Part shown: piece by piece, positions 25,380 through 38,445 of the stretch | How positions within the stretch are numbered: position 1 is the first letter of the stretch | Layout: the number at the start of each line of letters is the position of its first letter | DNA from: Octopus sinensis | Taxonomy: Eukaryota | DNA length: 64,000 bases | Direction: 5' to 3' | NCBI RefSeq assembly: GCF_006345805.1 | Contig: NC_043000.1 | Coordinates: 35,526,001-35,590,000, forward strand | Program-made: the position numbers and the translations under genes | Notes under the pieces: model-generated | The model's database searches: none | What the model was told of the DNA's origin: nothing | The model's input: only the letters and a program-made list of their open reading frames with translations

Positions 25380-25754
25380 AAATGAATCATAATAACTGTA
25401 CACTCATGTTATTTCTGATTTATGAGAATACATTTCCTTGCTATTTACCCAGAATGTCGAATAGATCAAGAGTATCTTTTCTATCTTATGGAAACATGCA
25501 AGATGGACAAAGAGAATTCAGAATAAATGTATTTATTAAAACTATCACAGTAAAAGATAATCTCACAAATGTGGACATAGTTATCACTATAAAGAATACA
25601 GTTTCTCAGGTGGTTATCAGACTCTTTATATTTTCTTTCCTCTGTGAATATATTTGTGGTGATATAAAATATTTTCTTATACAGTTATGCATTTGTGTAG
25701 ATACAAACATATGGAGTTTTAAGATGTTTCTGAGAGAGTGATTTAGCAGAGATA
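25380..25754 (-). pseudogene. Decayed zinc-finger units downstream of the second ZNF stop
   Basis: Shifted frame directly after YN* reads [18 protein letters not shown], then HKYIHRGKK and FDILGK. Confidence 0.55.
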
Positions 25755-26975
25755 TCAGTTGTATAGTCGGTCCCGTGCATGAATACGTTTGTGGGTGTTT
25801 AAGGTATTTCCATGGGAGAACGAATTACCACAGACATCACAGTGATATGGTTTGTCACCTGTATGAATGCGCTTGTGAGTAGTTAAATTACTCTTGGCAG
25901 AAAACGATTTACCGCAGATATCACAGTGATATGGTTTCTCTCCTGTATGAATGTATTTATGAGCAGTTAGGTAATCATTTCGAGAAAACGATTTACCACA
26001 GATATCACAGTGATATGGCTTCTCTCCAGTGTGAATATGTTTGTGAGTGTTTAAGTTACAACTCTGAGAGAATGATTTGCCACAGATGTCACAATTATAT
26101 GGTTTCACTCCTGTATGAATATGTCGGTGAGAAGTTAGGTTACAACTCTGAGAGAAGGACTTGCCACAGATATCACAGTGATATGGTTTCTCTCCTGTAT
26201 GAATATATTTATGAGTGGCTAAGGTACTTCCAACAGTGAATGATTTACCACAGATATCACAGTGATATGGTTTTTCTCTTGTATGAATATGTCTATGGTT
26301 ATTTAGATTACCACTTTGAGAAAATGATTTACCACAGATATCACATTGATATGGCTTCTCCCCTGTATGAATATATTTGTGAGTCGTTAATTGGCCTCTT
26401 GTAGCAAAGGATTTTCCACAGACAGCACAATGATGGGGCATCTCCCCTGTATGAATGCCTTTGTGAGTAGCTAGGTTGCTTCTTGAAGAAAATGATTTAC
26501 CACAGATATCACAGTGATATGGTTTCTCTCCTGTGTGAATACGTTTGTGAGTTTTTAGTACACTTAACTGCGAGAATGATTTACCACAGATATCGCAGTG
26601 GTATGGCTTCTCTCCCGTGTGAATGCGTTTGTGTGAAGTTAAGAACCTTCCTTCAGAGAAATATTTGCCACAGATATCACAGTGATATGGTTTTTCTCCT
26701 GTGTGAATACGTTTATGTAGAGTTAAGTTACCATTCCGTGAGATTGATTTACCACAGATATCACAGTGATAGGCCTTCTCTCTTATATGAATACGTTTGT
26801 GAGTAATTAAGTTACCTTTTTCAGAGAATGATTCCTTGCAGATATCACAGTGATATGAGGTTTCCTTTTTCTCTTTCTGCATCTCATTAGAAAAACCAAT
26901 CATTTCAGACTCTGTCTTCTCATTTAACTTGGTTTTCACAAAATTCATTTCCCATAATTTTTCTTCTCTCACCAT
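25755..26975 (-). CDS. C2H2 zinc-finger protein, 406 aa, 13 tandem fingers, single coding exon
   Basis: 13 [10 protein letters not shown]-type fingers with TGEKP linkers; acceptor TTATTTCAG| at 27285/27284; AATAAA on - at ~25531. Confidence 0.95.
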   Translation of the reverse strand: MVREEKLWEMNFVKTKLNEKTESEMIGFSNEMQKEKKETSYHCDICKESFSEKGNLITHKRIHIREKAYHCDICGKSISRNGNLTLHKRIHTGEKPYHCDICGKYFSEGRFLTSHKRIHTGEKPYHCDICGKSFSQLSVLKTHKRIHTGEKPYHCDICGKSFSSRSNLATHKGIHTGEMPHHCAVCGKSFATRGQLTTHKYIHTGEKPYQCDICGKSFSQSGNLNNHRHIHTREKPYHCDICGKSFTVGSTLATHKYIHTGEKPYHCDICGKSFSQSCNLTSHRHIHTGVKPYNCDICGKSFSQSCNLNTHKHIHTGEKPYHCDICGKSFSRNDYLTAHKYIHTGEKPYHCDICGKSFSAKSNLTTHKRIHTGDKPYHCDVCGNSFSHGNTLNTHKRIHARDRLYN

Positions 26976-28319
26976 TATACAAACCTTTTTTTGTTTTTGC
27001 CTTTCTATTTTATTCCAAGTAAATATTTCTACTGCTAAAGTTCCATCAACTATGGCCTTTTTTTAAAATCTAAAGATGTTGCAAACCATTGTAAATGTGT
27101 CCGAGTTTAACTGGAATGCAAAGTCATCTTGTAAACACCCCAGATAATGGAGTAGAGAAATTATTCTGTTAATCTCAATTCAGAGGAAATGTAACACAAG
27201 AATTCTTTTACGGATTTACATAAACAGGATTATATCGCTTCTGTAGAACATCTTCAGTCTTTACTGCCAACAGTGTCTGATAGTCTGAAATAATATAAAA
27301 AGATGGTTGAGAAGACATTGAAAACGTAGGGAGTCAACAAAGACAATTTTAGTACATTTCCCTATTGATAAATTGTAGATATTAACTTTCACCTGAAACA
27401 TTTAACTTAAATTACATCAGACAAACTCCGTGTGAAGCCTCCTTATGTACAAATTACATCTTCAGATTGTGTAACATATTTCATAGAACAGTGGACAATA
27501 ACATTCTCTTTCCAGAAATGTTTTTCATCTTTGGTACCATACAACTGCTGTACTCCCCTATGGGCAATGTCGCACATATATCCCATACCCTCCCAAACAG
27601 TACCCCACCCCACCAAATTACTTCCATTCCTTATCATCCCTACCCACCCCATTTCAACCATCACCTCCTTTCTGTAGCTTCAGTCACTGCTCTTTTCTCC
27701 CTTTGCTACACTCCATCCTAAACACCACTATTACCTGCTATCATTCTCAATACCCTCACACATCCACCCTCATAACCCACCTACTGTAGACCCTTATGTA
27801 TCCCTATCTCTCCCTCTTCACAGTTCCTTAAGTTCATCTCCTTTATAAGGTTCAGCATCTTGAGATCAGCCTTCAATACTTCATGGAGTACAGACGAGAG
27901 AAAGGGAAATGATGTGAAGAGTGGGGAAGAGGAAGAGGTGCTCAATGGCAAGGGTAGAGTGTATATAGACAAGAGTGTATATAGGAGTGTATATAGACAA
28001 GGGTGGATGAGGGTTGGTTGATATGAGATGGTGTTCAATAGTGACATGGGATGATATTGAGAATGTGAAGTGGGTGATATGGGGAGGTGGCTCCAGGGAG
28101 AGGGGAAACTGGGAGCACGAAAGTGTTGGGGATGAAATTATGTGCAGCTCTGCTCTTATATAAATATCAACACAACAGTTGAGATAATGCTGTAGTTAAA
28201 GGTGTTATGGAAAGATGGGAACAGCTTGAATGCAGGGGACAAAAATGATATGCTTTTAGGACCTCACTTTTGTTGAGGTGTGTTGGTCTTACTGAGCACA
28301 GCAAATCACTAGTTATTTC

Positions 28320-28750
28320 GGTCCTTTGTCATCTCTAAGAAGCACAATGACTTGAGGTAGGTCTTCACTACTTTGTCCCCGTGCCTTTCTGGGTCTTTTC
28401 CACAGGTCCCATCATATGTGCTGATTGGCACTTCCTTACACACCTGTCCTCATCCATACGCATCACATGACCATACCAGTGTAGTGTCCTTTCTTGCACA
28501 CTACACCTGATGCCTCACAACACATTTGCACTTTGCCATACATGCACACTGACGCTGCACATCCAGTGGAACATGCAAGCTTCATTCCCTTGCATATCCC
28601 CTACATTCATGGCTTGCATTTTACAACCATGTAGCATCACTGTTTGTACACAAACACATTTGTGCAATTTCCTGTTCACTCTGAGAAAGGGACCATTTAT
28701 TACTTGCAGTGGTAACAGCACTGAACTTTCTCCATCCAGTTCTTATTCTA
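28320..28750 (-). mobile_element. RTE-clade LINE remnant
   Basis: Homologous to 21430-21900; VQERTLHWYGHVMR motif on the minus strand. Confidence 0.65.
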
Positions 28751-29059
28751 AGTACTGTTTTCAAAACATGATCCAAACAATTTTGTTGCATCTCTAAGAT
28801 GCGGCCAAACTTTTTGTCAGGTTGCAATTTCAAACGATGAAAATTTTGACACCATATCACAAATAAATAAAAGTTAAGTTGACCGTCTTCGAGTGTTTCT
28901 GAATGGCTACGTCTACCACGGAACAATTGCTTTACTTTCAGCACACAATCTCAACTCAAGACACTTGCTATGCAAGTACATCTCCATTACATATCGTATC
29001 ATACATCATATCATATACATAAACACACATCTTTCAGTTTCTGTCTATCAAACCATTAA

Positions 29060-29646
29060 ATATGGTTTCTGATTACAAATATCTTGGGTCATACATATCA
29101 TCATCTGAAAAAGATTTTCTAACTAGAAAGGGTATGGCCTGGTCAGCCTGTGATGATATGCATAAGATCTGGTCATCAAATCTAAGTAGAAATTTCAAAC
29201 TTAAAATCTTCAAAGCCACAGTCAAGCCAATTCTACTATATGGCTCAGAAACCTGGACGTTATCAAAGAAGCTTGAGAGGCGGTTGGATGGAACTTACAC
29301 TCGCCTCCTTATGAGAGCTCAAAATCTCTCGTGAAAGCATCATCCAACCAAAGTACAAATATATGGGAAATTACCACCTGTATCATCTCTTGTGAAAGGT
29401 AGAAGAGTCCAGTTTGCTGGACATTGTTGTAGAGCTGAAAACGAGGTAATTTCTACTCTTCTCCTCTGGAAGTCATCTGCTCACGATACCAGAGGGCGCA
29501 CACTCTCCTACCCTGATGTAATCTCCAGGGATACAGGCACCCAGCAACAGGACCTCCGTAATGCTATGATGGACCGTGAAGTCTGGCGTAACATAGTAAA
29601 TTCCATTGTCTCGACCACGGTCGAACAATGATGATGATGATGATGA
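29060..29646 (+). mobile_element. RTE/RTEX-like LINE 3' end with (GAT)n tail
   Basis: YKYLGSYI, PILLYGSETWTL, RRVQFAGHC, MMDREVWR, natural stop, then (GAT)n; one internal stop. Confidence 0.9.
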
Positions 29647-29664
29647 TCAAACCAACTTAAGTTT

Positions 29665-29772
29665 TGGTCTGGTCGGTACGGGGCATTAGTTGAAGACACT
29701 GACCCAGTGCCGAGCAATAGAAATGAATTGAAAACAATGTGGTTGGGAAGCAAACCACACAGCCATGCTTGC
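29665..29772 (-). mobile_element. SINE family C head fragment
   Basis: GCAAGCATGGCTGTGTGGTT on the minus strand; degenerate. Confidence 0.55.
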
Positions 29773-30985
29773 ACCTATACGTCTAAGGAGTTGCCAAAGC
29801 AATAATAGACGTAAATCCAATGGCAACTTCATGGCCAGCCATAACCAGATATATACGTGTGTTTACATGTGGGTATATATGTGTGTGTGTGTGTGTAGTC
29901 AATCACCACACACACAGAAGCACAGTCAAATGTACATATGGAATAGACACACGCCAATTCAAATATCCACAGAGCGCAAGAGCTGTCTTATTCTAGACAA
30001 GCGTAAAAAATACAAAAATGAATCACTCGCACACAGACATTATATGCAAGTGCCGCGCCCCATCCTTACAGGACATGTAACACACATTTACTACTGCATG
30101 AATAAGCAACGAAGAGCCAGAAGTCGAGTTTACATGGAGAAGTAAAGAGCGCGTAAACGGCAAATTAGGTTTAAGAAATATTGTCATTGTCTTTCTTTTG
30201 GTATTAAAGATGCAGCGAATAACAGAAATCGAAGTATCTAAAAGAACACTAAACAATGAAAGTATAAAGACATCCTTTGTTTTCTACAGATTCTTTCGTT
30301 AATCTCCAAAGAAAGAGACCCAATTAAAATGACACGTAACACAAACACCAGCTTGTCCCAAAATATATAATAAAGTAGTCAAAACAGACGATTTCGAAGC
30401 TACATGGGGACTTTTAGAGTTTACCACAAACCTTGATTTATATTTTCATGTTAATAAAATACAGAATGCCGTACCTGTTTCTTCCTGATGCTTTTAATTA
30501 CTGTTAATTGCCTTTTTAATTCCATTTCCAAGACATACAAAGAACGGAACCAGATAACAGGGGAGGTAATCACGTAGTTTTTAACTGACTAAATTTATTC
30601 CGTGGGACTTTGTATGTTTCATGTTCTAAAAGAAATATGTTTCATAATGTTGTATTAGAAAAGATGTATATTTCATCATTCTCTACGTAAACTATTCTCA
30701 TCACCATCATTATCATCACTTCTACTCTTATATTCAACATCATTATTATCATTAGCACGGTCTTCTTTATTTCGTTAACATAAAAAAAGTATCTCCTTCA
30801 CAATGGTGTTAATACTTGTGACATTACTAAGTTAAGGGTAGAATTATGTTGTGAAAATATTTGCATTGTTATTTGTTAATTATTGATGAAGATCCTTAAA
30901 TTATTTATCAGGAAAGGAGAAATAAATTTTTCAACTAGTGGCATTGGAGGATAGTTGCACCGCTGACATTCAATGTCCCGTCTTA

Positions 30986-31139
30986 CTATATCAAATTCAT
31001 TATCAGGATACTTGGCTATTCCTGTGACTCTCACACGCCATCAACTGCAGTAAGACTGCGAACGTTTTGGGTTGTCTCAAATATATTCAAAGAAGCACAC
31101 CAATTGTTCTCTTGTGCCATGTTTACAGAGGTTACAAAT
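30986..31139 (-). other. Candidate upstream (5' UTR) exon, possibly of the minus-strand ZNF gene
   Basis: Strong acceptor TTTTCTTTTCTTTTCCAG| at 31140/31139 and donor-like ATA|GTAAGA at ~30986; contains a 29-codon uORF. Another donor CAG|GTACGG lies at ~30475. Confidence 0.3.
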
Positions 31140-31245
31140 CTGGAAAAGAAAAGAAAAAACTTTTTCAGAATGTCAGTTTCCCACTTTCATCCTGAGATCA
31201 TAACTCAAAGACATAGTGTGTTGGTCTGGTCGAATGGGTCTAGAT

Positions 31246-32048
31246 CAGTGGTTACCAAAGTGGATGGTAGAAAGTTCCGGGGTTGGGGAGGATTGAAGAA
31301 AAAATGGGGAAATGATAGAGTGGCCAAAAAGGAGACGATGGATGACAATGCCCCTCTATATTTTTCAATGGTACACTCAACTATATAAAATAGTGTTTAA
31401 AAATAGATCCGAAAACCCTTTTTTAAAGAAACTACTTTCAAACAAGAACAGAGAACAAAAATAAATTTTAAAAATCCAAAAGTTTGCTGATGAAGCTGGT
31501 TATATTCCCGAGAGAATTCGCTAGAAGGATAAAAACATGACGTTGAACAAAAACAACCATAACGACAAGATGAAGAGCTGCGAAATGAAAAGAACGAACG
31601 TGTGTGTGTGCGTGTTACGATAAGGAAAACTGATAACTAAGTGTATATATATATATATGTACTTAGGACAATCAAACTTAGTTTACAGTTAGATTAGTCC
31701 CCCCCACCTCACCCTCGCCAAGCAATAAAAGTATGTTTCTTGCTTATGTTTGTTTCGTCGAAGATTAACGTTTGGTTTCAACCTGATGTCGAGAAGCTGA
31801 TGGCGCGTTGCACAATGTTCATCCATCGCGTTAAAATATGGAAGCAACGTAGTTACAAGTGGGATGTAAATCTGGACTTTCATGTTGTAAAAACAACAAA
31901 ATAATGGGTTGGCTAGGTTAAGTTTTATTTGTGAAATACAATTGCTTTGAATTTGCAGTAGAAAGAGGTCGATGTTTGGGGTGGGAGAGCTAGAAGTGTG
32001 ATTTGGGTGCCAAGGGGTCGGCAGTCCGAAAAAGATTGGCAACCACTG
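31246..32048. mobile_element. Non-autonomous hAT (Charlie-type) element
   Basis: TIRs CAGTGGTTACCAA / TTGGCAACCACTG; 8-bp TSD GTCTAGAT / ATCTAGAT. Confidence 0.9.
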
Positions 32049-32659
32049 ATCTAGATTAATTTGCATGAAATTTAACTACCTGCTGTCCCATTTTAAAACC
32101 AATTCCGAAGTGTGTTTGATAAACATTTATTCATATATGTGTACATCATAATATTTGCACAATTCTACAGATGCTTGCTGGGGCTGTAGTCTGCTAGTTG
32201 TAAATGGAGTTCATGGTTGAATTAATAACAGATAAGAATGGTTTCGTATAAACGGTGGGAAAATACTTTGTTCTTCATAGTCAACGATTCCTTTAACTCA
32301 AGGTCGAGTGGTAGCCAAGGAACCAGTCTTCTTACGGACCTGTTGTTCCGTGTCAGCTATGTGCACCTCTGGTGAAGAACTGGTTTCCCACTTATCCTGT
32401 GCTTGTCTTTCTCCTCTGGAACCTTCTCTAAATCTCTGCGCTGATTCCGTCTCGCTTTTGCTTTTATAATCCCTATTCATACACAAACAACTAGAACTTT
32501 CGATAATATGGGGTCATATTGCTGCAAGATGATTTACGGCAGTCATTTCATCTGGCGTAGCCTGACCCTAGTTGCTAAACCTACACGAGTTCGCATCAAG
32601 ACCTTGCTACAATTAAGCATGTATCTGACTCATGCATTGTTCGCTTTTGACCTACAGAT

Positions 32660-33074
32660 ATAAAAAATAATTTTTTGTAACTAAACACTTTCAATTTTTG
32701 GACACTGGTAGAATGTGTCATATAAAACATCTTTTACTCTTAGCATTTTGGCGAAAAACATATATTTTCGAAGTTATTTCACGTTAAAGTTGTCCTATTT
32801 CGGTAATTTCAACCAATCAATGACGTGTATTCAGCTGAATAAAATTACTGCCGTTGTTTGTCAACAACAACTATCGGTGGTGTATTTTTCGTTTGTCACT
32901 GTTATTTATGACATCGTTCGTGCGTTTGTACTGGTTTTAAGGCTTTAGGGTTTTAGGGTTAGGGTTAGGGTTGTCATAAATAACAGTGACAAACGAAATA
33001 TACACCACCGGAAGTTTTTGCTTTACAGACAACAGCAGTAATTTTATTTTTCTGAATACACGTCATTGATTGGT
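32660..33074. mobile_element. Palindromic MITE-like element with a (TTAGGG)n spacer
   Basis: Arms 32812-32913 and 32972-33074; four TTAGGG at 32945-32970; the left part resembles 40760-40915. Confidence 0.75.
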
Positions 33075-33299
33075 AAAGATTCATTTTTGTTAATTAGAAA
33101 TGATTAAAACATCAATGCGAGGCAGTTGTAATAACTTTATTTTTATAAGGCTTTTACATTTAACAATAAGATGGATGAAAAGAGTGAGCGATCAGTTTTG
33201 ATTCATCGCCTGTTTATTGTTAAAAACGTGTTTTGGACACGACAGACCAAAGAAAAAAGGTGAAAAAGAAAAACAACATATCAGAAAGTTCCTTATGTA

Positions 33300-33600
33300 A
33301 GTATGGATGGATGTATGCATGCATGGACGAATGAATCGGATGAATGAACTGGATGGCAGTAGGGCGGACGGCTGGATGGATGCTTGGTCGGCAAGATGGA
33401 CGGGTGGAGGGAGAGGAGGACAAAGGGGAGGATGAACTGATAGACGTGAATGGATGGTCGGGTGGGTGGGCAGGTGGATGGACAGATAAACAGACGTATG
33501 GCATCTTGGATGGATAGACGGACGGACGGACGAATGTATGGTCGGTCCGATGGATGGGCGGACGAATGAATGAATGGCTAGATGGATGGGTGGACTACCC
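33300..33600. repeat. Degenerate (GGAT)/(GGAC)/(GAAT) tetranucleotide repeat
   Basis: Direct reading. Confidence 0.85.
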
Positions 33601-34740
33601 GGACGACAGGACCATGATTTAGGGTAAGGTAAGTGTTTGGGGTCGACGGTTTGGACCCGGGGTTAAGGTTTAGTGTTTACGGCTTAGGGTTCGTTATGGG
33701 TTGTTAGGTTTTTGTGCTGAGGTTAGGGTCAGAGGTTTGGTTTGGAGATAGAGTTTTTGTGGTTACTGATAGTGTTACGTTTAGGGATAAATGACGTTAT
33801 TTCACCTTTTGTAATGCTATGGCACTAATCTCTGTCTTACGGCATAAGATCGTGTCATTTTACCCGATTATGAGACACTAGTCCCGAGCCCTGTAACCCC
33901 TTCTGTTTCAGCCGTTCCCAACCACGTGAATCTCATTCCCACTTTATGTAAAAGCTTATTTTCCCAAACTGACCCCTTTTCCTGGTATCTCATTTTTCAA
34001 AACCGTTGTTCTCTGGTTGTTTCGTTTCCCCCAGATGTGTATACATGCACGTACGTATGTATGTTTATGTATAAATGGGTTGCGGTTCAACTCCAGCTCA
34101 TGGCACAGTATATATACGTACATAACTTAAGGCTAACCCTTCATGAAGAGGAAAAAGTCTTATGTGTTGCACCCCTTGGTGAAAAAAAAAGGAACAGTCA
34201 ATGCTGCCTTTAACAGCCATTCCGATAGGGGATGTGTAACTGGCGATTGTAACATCGGATTCGTTTGTTTGATGTTTGCTAGGATCTATGAGAGGGCAGG
34301 GTTCCTCCTTACACACTCTTGGAAAGATGTTTTGTTAACATCATGTATGGGAGATATTACGTCCATCTCTTGCAAATCATTCTTTGTCGTTTATGTCTAT
34401 TTTCAGCAAAGTTGATTTCCTCATTTAAAAGGGGACAGCTAACAGTTCTTACTGTTCCCTGCAAAGGAAAGGAGACAACTGAAGCGACTCTGGTTATTTC
34501 TTGTCTCCCCTCCACGTAATGGGACGTAACTCTAGCCTGACTAATGGACAAATGAATTCACTTTAAAAAAATGTTGGGTTTGAGCTAAATTGACATAAAA
34601 TGGCACCAATTACATGACAGAAACGATGGGTTTTAACTTGTTTAATAGAATAACATAAATCAATGGTTTCTGGTGTAATGTTATGTCATTTTATGCTGTG
34701 AAAGTTATCTTTTGACCTTCAGTGTTAGGAAAGGATTAAA

Positions 34741-34885
34741 AAATAATGAAATTATTGTATACAGTAGGTGCACCACAACTTGTCAAAAGTGTGTATAAAG
34801 AATATGCAGTAATGTACAAATGTCTGGGAAGTGAACAGTGCAGGAGTCAGATTGATGCTTGCGTGTGTATGGAGGGGGGAAATGA
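34741..34885 (-). mobile_element. CR1-clade LINE 3' UTR copy
   Basis: Reverse complement of 35955-36090. Confidence 0.8.
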
Positions 34886-35099
34886 ATGATTTACTCCAAG
34901 AGGAAATGGGAATGGATCTAACAATGGTCAGATGACTAAAACTGCAATATTTTGGTCATGTCATCGGGGCTCACAACCTCTCCCCATATCTTTGTGTGGC
35001 TGGGTGAACAAAATAGGATAAAGCAGAAATAAGAACATCTGGGCCTACCCTATGTGGACCCAAAGAGTGACCAGCCTTCCCAAGTTGGTAAATATATGA

Positions 35100-35640
35100 A
35101 GGTAGGGGAAAGCTTCTGGTTCATCGAGGACAGTAAGTGAAGGGATTAAAATACCTGGTGAAGTAGGGTACATGCTGGACACTTGATCTGTTAATCAGGT
35201 GTTGTAAAGCGGTCTTTTGCTACTGTTGTATCTGTCTTTGATTACGGTTGTTGCTCTGACAGATATTGTTATATTACAAAGTCGTCAGCAGAATGTTTCT
35301 GTCTGGCACTGTGCGACCCCCAGTAGGTTACTGGTTTATTTATAATGGCTGGTTACGACTACTTTTTACTGGGAGTGGGGATACAGTTTCACTCTACAAC
35401 ATCAGGTAATTATGGGAAGCTATCCTACCCAATGATAGGCATAGCAGAAATACATTGTTACGTGAGAAAAGGAAATGCACAAGAGAGAGCTGCAGTGGAA
35501 TGGTGTAGCAAAAGATGTCCATTGAGGTAGCAGAGGAAACAGGCATGTGGACGGCATCAAAGTAAAACAATGGAAAAGCATTGTATTGTGGTTTAAATAA
35601 TTTATTTAATCAACACCAGGCATTTGCCATATCCTGAACG
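35100..35640 (-). mobile_element. Possible decayed CR1 RT core
   Basis: HSADDFVI (YADD-like) and IVYFD-like pieces on the minus strand; heavily disrupted. Confidence 0.35.
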
Positions 35641-35644
35641 CCTT

Positions 35645-36092
35645 ACACCCGCTGGGCATGGACACATTGAAACTCCGACGTCTGGCAGCTGACTTGGCAG
35701 ACACCCATAAAATTATCAACCATCATACAAACAATAACTCTGAACTCCTTTTCAAACTCCACGCATCTAACACCCGTGGACATATTTACAAAGTCAGAAA
35801 ACAGCACAGCTCCCATGACTTCAGGAAACATTTTTTCACGCTGAGAGTTGCTGAAGCATGGAACAAACTGCTGGCATCAGTTGTTAGTTGTCGGAGCACT
35901 GCATCCTTCAAAACTTCCATGCTTTCTGAGATTTGCCTACACTACACCTGATTTTCTCCCCTCCATACACACACAAGCATGTATCTGACTCATGCATTGT
36001 TCGCTTTCCAGACATTTGTACATTACTGCATATACTCTGACAAGTTGTGGTGCACCTGAGCACTGTATACAATAATTTCATTATTATTATTA
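35645..36092 (+). mobile_element. CR1-clade LINE 3' end with (TTA)n tail
   Basis: TLKLRRL..DL..THKII, NTRGH.YK, RKHFFTLRVAEAWNKL, stop, 3' UTR, ATTATTATTA. Confidence 0.9.
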
Positions 36093-36639
36093 TTTACATG
36101 TTGTATACACCAGGAAATTCACTACATGACATAACCAACTTGTTTCAAGTTGGTGAAGAAGAAAATAGATAAGGGAAATACTGTTTCGATGTGATGAGGT
36201 AGAACTGGGCATGGTTTGTGTCTGTGTGTGTTCATGATTCATTGGTGTCTGCTGCTGTGTTGGGCTGTTCATGTTGAATATGTGGTTCTCTGTCGGCTGC
36301 TTAACTGGTGCAAGTCAACTGCTGGCTGTCTGCTTGTCTCTTGACAGTACGCCTGGTGATGGCTCTCTGCCTCCTGTCGTATGTCTAACTGTATTCATAA
36401 TGGTCATGATAGCTAGAAGAACTGACACATCATAGGTCGCCTCCTGTCCACTTAAACCTTAAATGACACAGCTCATGTCGTAGGTTGAAGGGAAATCCAT
36501 CCATCACTTTTTGACAGGACAAAGAAACTTCTTTCATGCCCGTTTGGCCAGTGGTGGATCAGATGAGTGAGAATCCTTATATTCGGTTTTGAATCTCAGC
36601 TTGGAAAAAGGAAGTGTTAGTTTTTACAGAGGCACCAGA

Positions 36640-36840
36640 TTGTTGAACCGAATTTATAGAAAGAGTCATAGAACAGAATTAGCGTAGATGAGATGCAGTT
36701 TGGCTTTGTACCTGGAAGAGGTATCACTGATGTCATCTTCCAACTGAGATACCTGCAAAAGAAGTACATAGCTTAGAGTAAGCCATGAAACATAACATTT
36801 GTTGATCTAGAAAAGGTGTTTGACAGGGTAGCTGCCTTGC
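36640..36840 (+). mobile_element. RTE-clade RT core fragment
   Basis: DEMQFGFVPGRGITDVIFQLRYLQKKY...FVDLEKVFDRV. Confidence 0.8.
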
Positions 36841-38087
36841 TCTGTAATCTAGTCATCGTTAGATTGAACAGCTTGTGAGGACAGGAGAAGCCGTGTACAG
36901 AAGAGCAGTCAGCAAGAAATCAGTGTTTGCTTTGTTTTGTTTGGGTCAGAGAGAATATTTTGAGGTGGATTTTGTGCAGCCTGATGCTCTTCCTGTTGCC
37001 AACTCTCATCTGTTTCCAAGTAAACTAGTATCTTGTCATGGTCGGACATGCTTACAACCATCAAGCAATGCCAAGGCAAGGAGACACTCACACACATACA
37101 CACACACACACACACACACAAGGTTTTAGCACAAGGTTAGCCCTGATTGAGAAGACCTATACCCAAAGGTATGCTAGCCATGACCATCCCACCTTTTTTC
37201 CTATGTACAACAAACCCAGGATTACATCATTCTGTATGTCTTTTGAGTGTAATTTGAAAGATATTTAACTGTGATTTCTAGCAGGTTGAGCAGCCATATT
37301 AGTTGTTTATGAAAATAAGCTGCCTTCTGCACAGCATCATGACAAATCACATCTTTCCAGCATGGAAACTATAAAAGAGAAGTGGAAGAAACAGTGAAAG
37401 GCCATGGTGAGATTTTATCATAGAAACATGAACGACCAAACTCTACAGCCTCCATTTAGGCACCTGTTGAAGAATGTTCGGCAGATTCTTGTGATTGTTC
37501 ATCATCATTGTCGCAATCATCGTCATTGTCATCATCATCATCATCATCATTTACCATGCTGGCATGGATTGGATAGTTTGACAGGAGCCAGCAAGACAGA
37601 GGACTGCTTTGACATGGGGGTCTACTGCTGGATACTCCTTTTAATGGTGACCAATTCACGAGTGTACTAGGTACCTTCTATGTGGCACTGATAAATAAAC
37701 CTATGAGAGGGGGGAGTAGAGAGAGAGAGTCAGATAGATAGACACAGACACACTTGTTCACTTAATTTCTATGTCCAGTATATTGGAACCACAGTGAAAT
37801 ATCCGGAGTCGGTTTGGCTTAAATATCAATCAGTGACACCTGAGTGTGTGTTAAGACACTGCTATCATGAGATTTAAAATTTAGCATATTTACTCCTTAT
37901 TTTCATGATGGTTTACTAGTTGAGCATAACTTTTGATTAATATCACATTGGTGAAACCAGATTCATCAAAGTCTCTCAAGGAACCTCTCTGTGATCAGTC
38001 ACTATATCAGAAAGGACATGCAACTGTTTCGCAAATAACTACATAATCCTACCACCTTATAAAGGACAAAGATGACAATGTAATCTT

Positions 38088-38445
38088 CATCATCATCATC
38101 ATCGTTTAACGTCCGCATTCGATGCTAGCTTGGGTTGGACGGTTCGACTGGGTCTGGGAAGCCAGGAGGCTGCACCAGGCTCCAGTCTGATCTGGTAGTG
38201 TTTCTACAGCTGGATGCCCTTCCTAATGCCAACCACTCCGTGAGTGTAGTGGGTGCCTTTTACGTGCCACTGGCACAGGCACCAGGTGAGGCTGGCAACG
38301 GCCATGATCGGCTGGCAACGGCCATGATCGGCTGGTGCTTTTCATGTGCTACCGGCACAGAGGCCAGTCAAGGCGGCGCTGGCAATGGCCACGTTTGGAT
38401 GGTTCTTTTACGTGCCACCGGCACTGGTATCACAACTACAACCAC
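38088..38445 (-). mobile_element. Retroposon family D
   Basis: (CAT)n tail and family body. Further copies at ~16165, 19550, 37500, 45690, 49113, 52255 and 53015. Confidence 0.85.

Noticed and set aside
30870-31120. Two short minus ORFs that would fuse into ~80 aa if a GT dinucleotide were removed
   Set aside because: No recognisable homology; such joins arise by chance. Kept only as a candidate UTR exon.
31490-31530. CTGATGAAG motif suggestive of a hammerhead
   Set aside because: No GAAA core downstream, and it lies inside a hAT element.
32945-32970. TTAGGG arrays as a true or fused telomere
   Set aside because: Only 2-4 units, embedded in palindromic mobile elements.
34098-34460. Coding-looking minus-strand segment (MDVISP...CKEEPCP...) needing a 2-nt frameshift
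   Set aside because: No recognisable domain and no clear donor; cannot be supported without a search.
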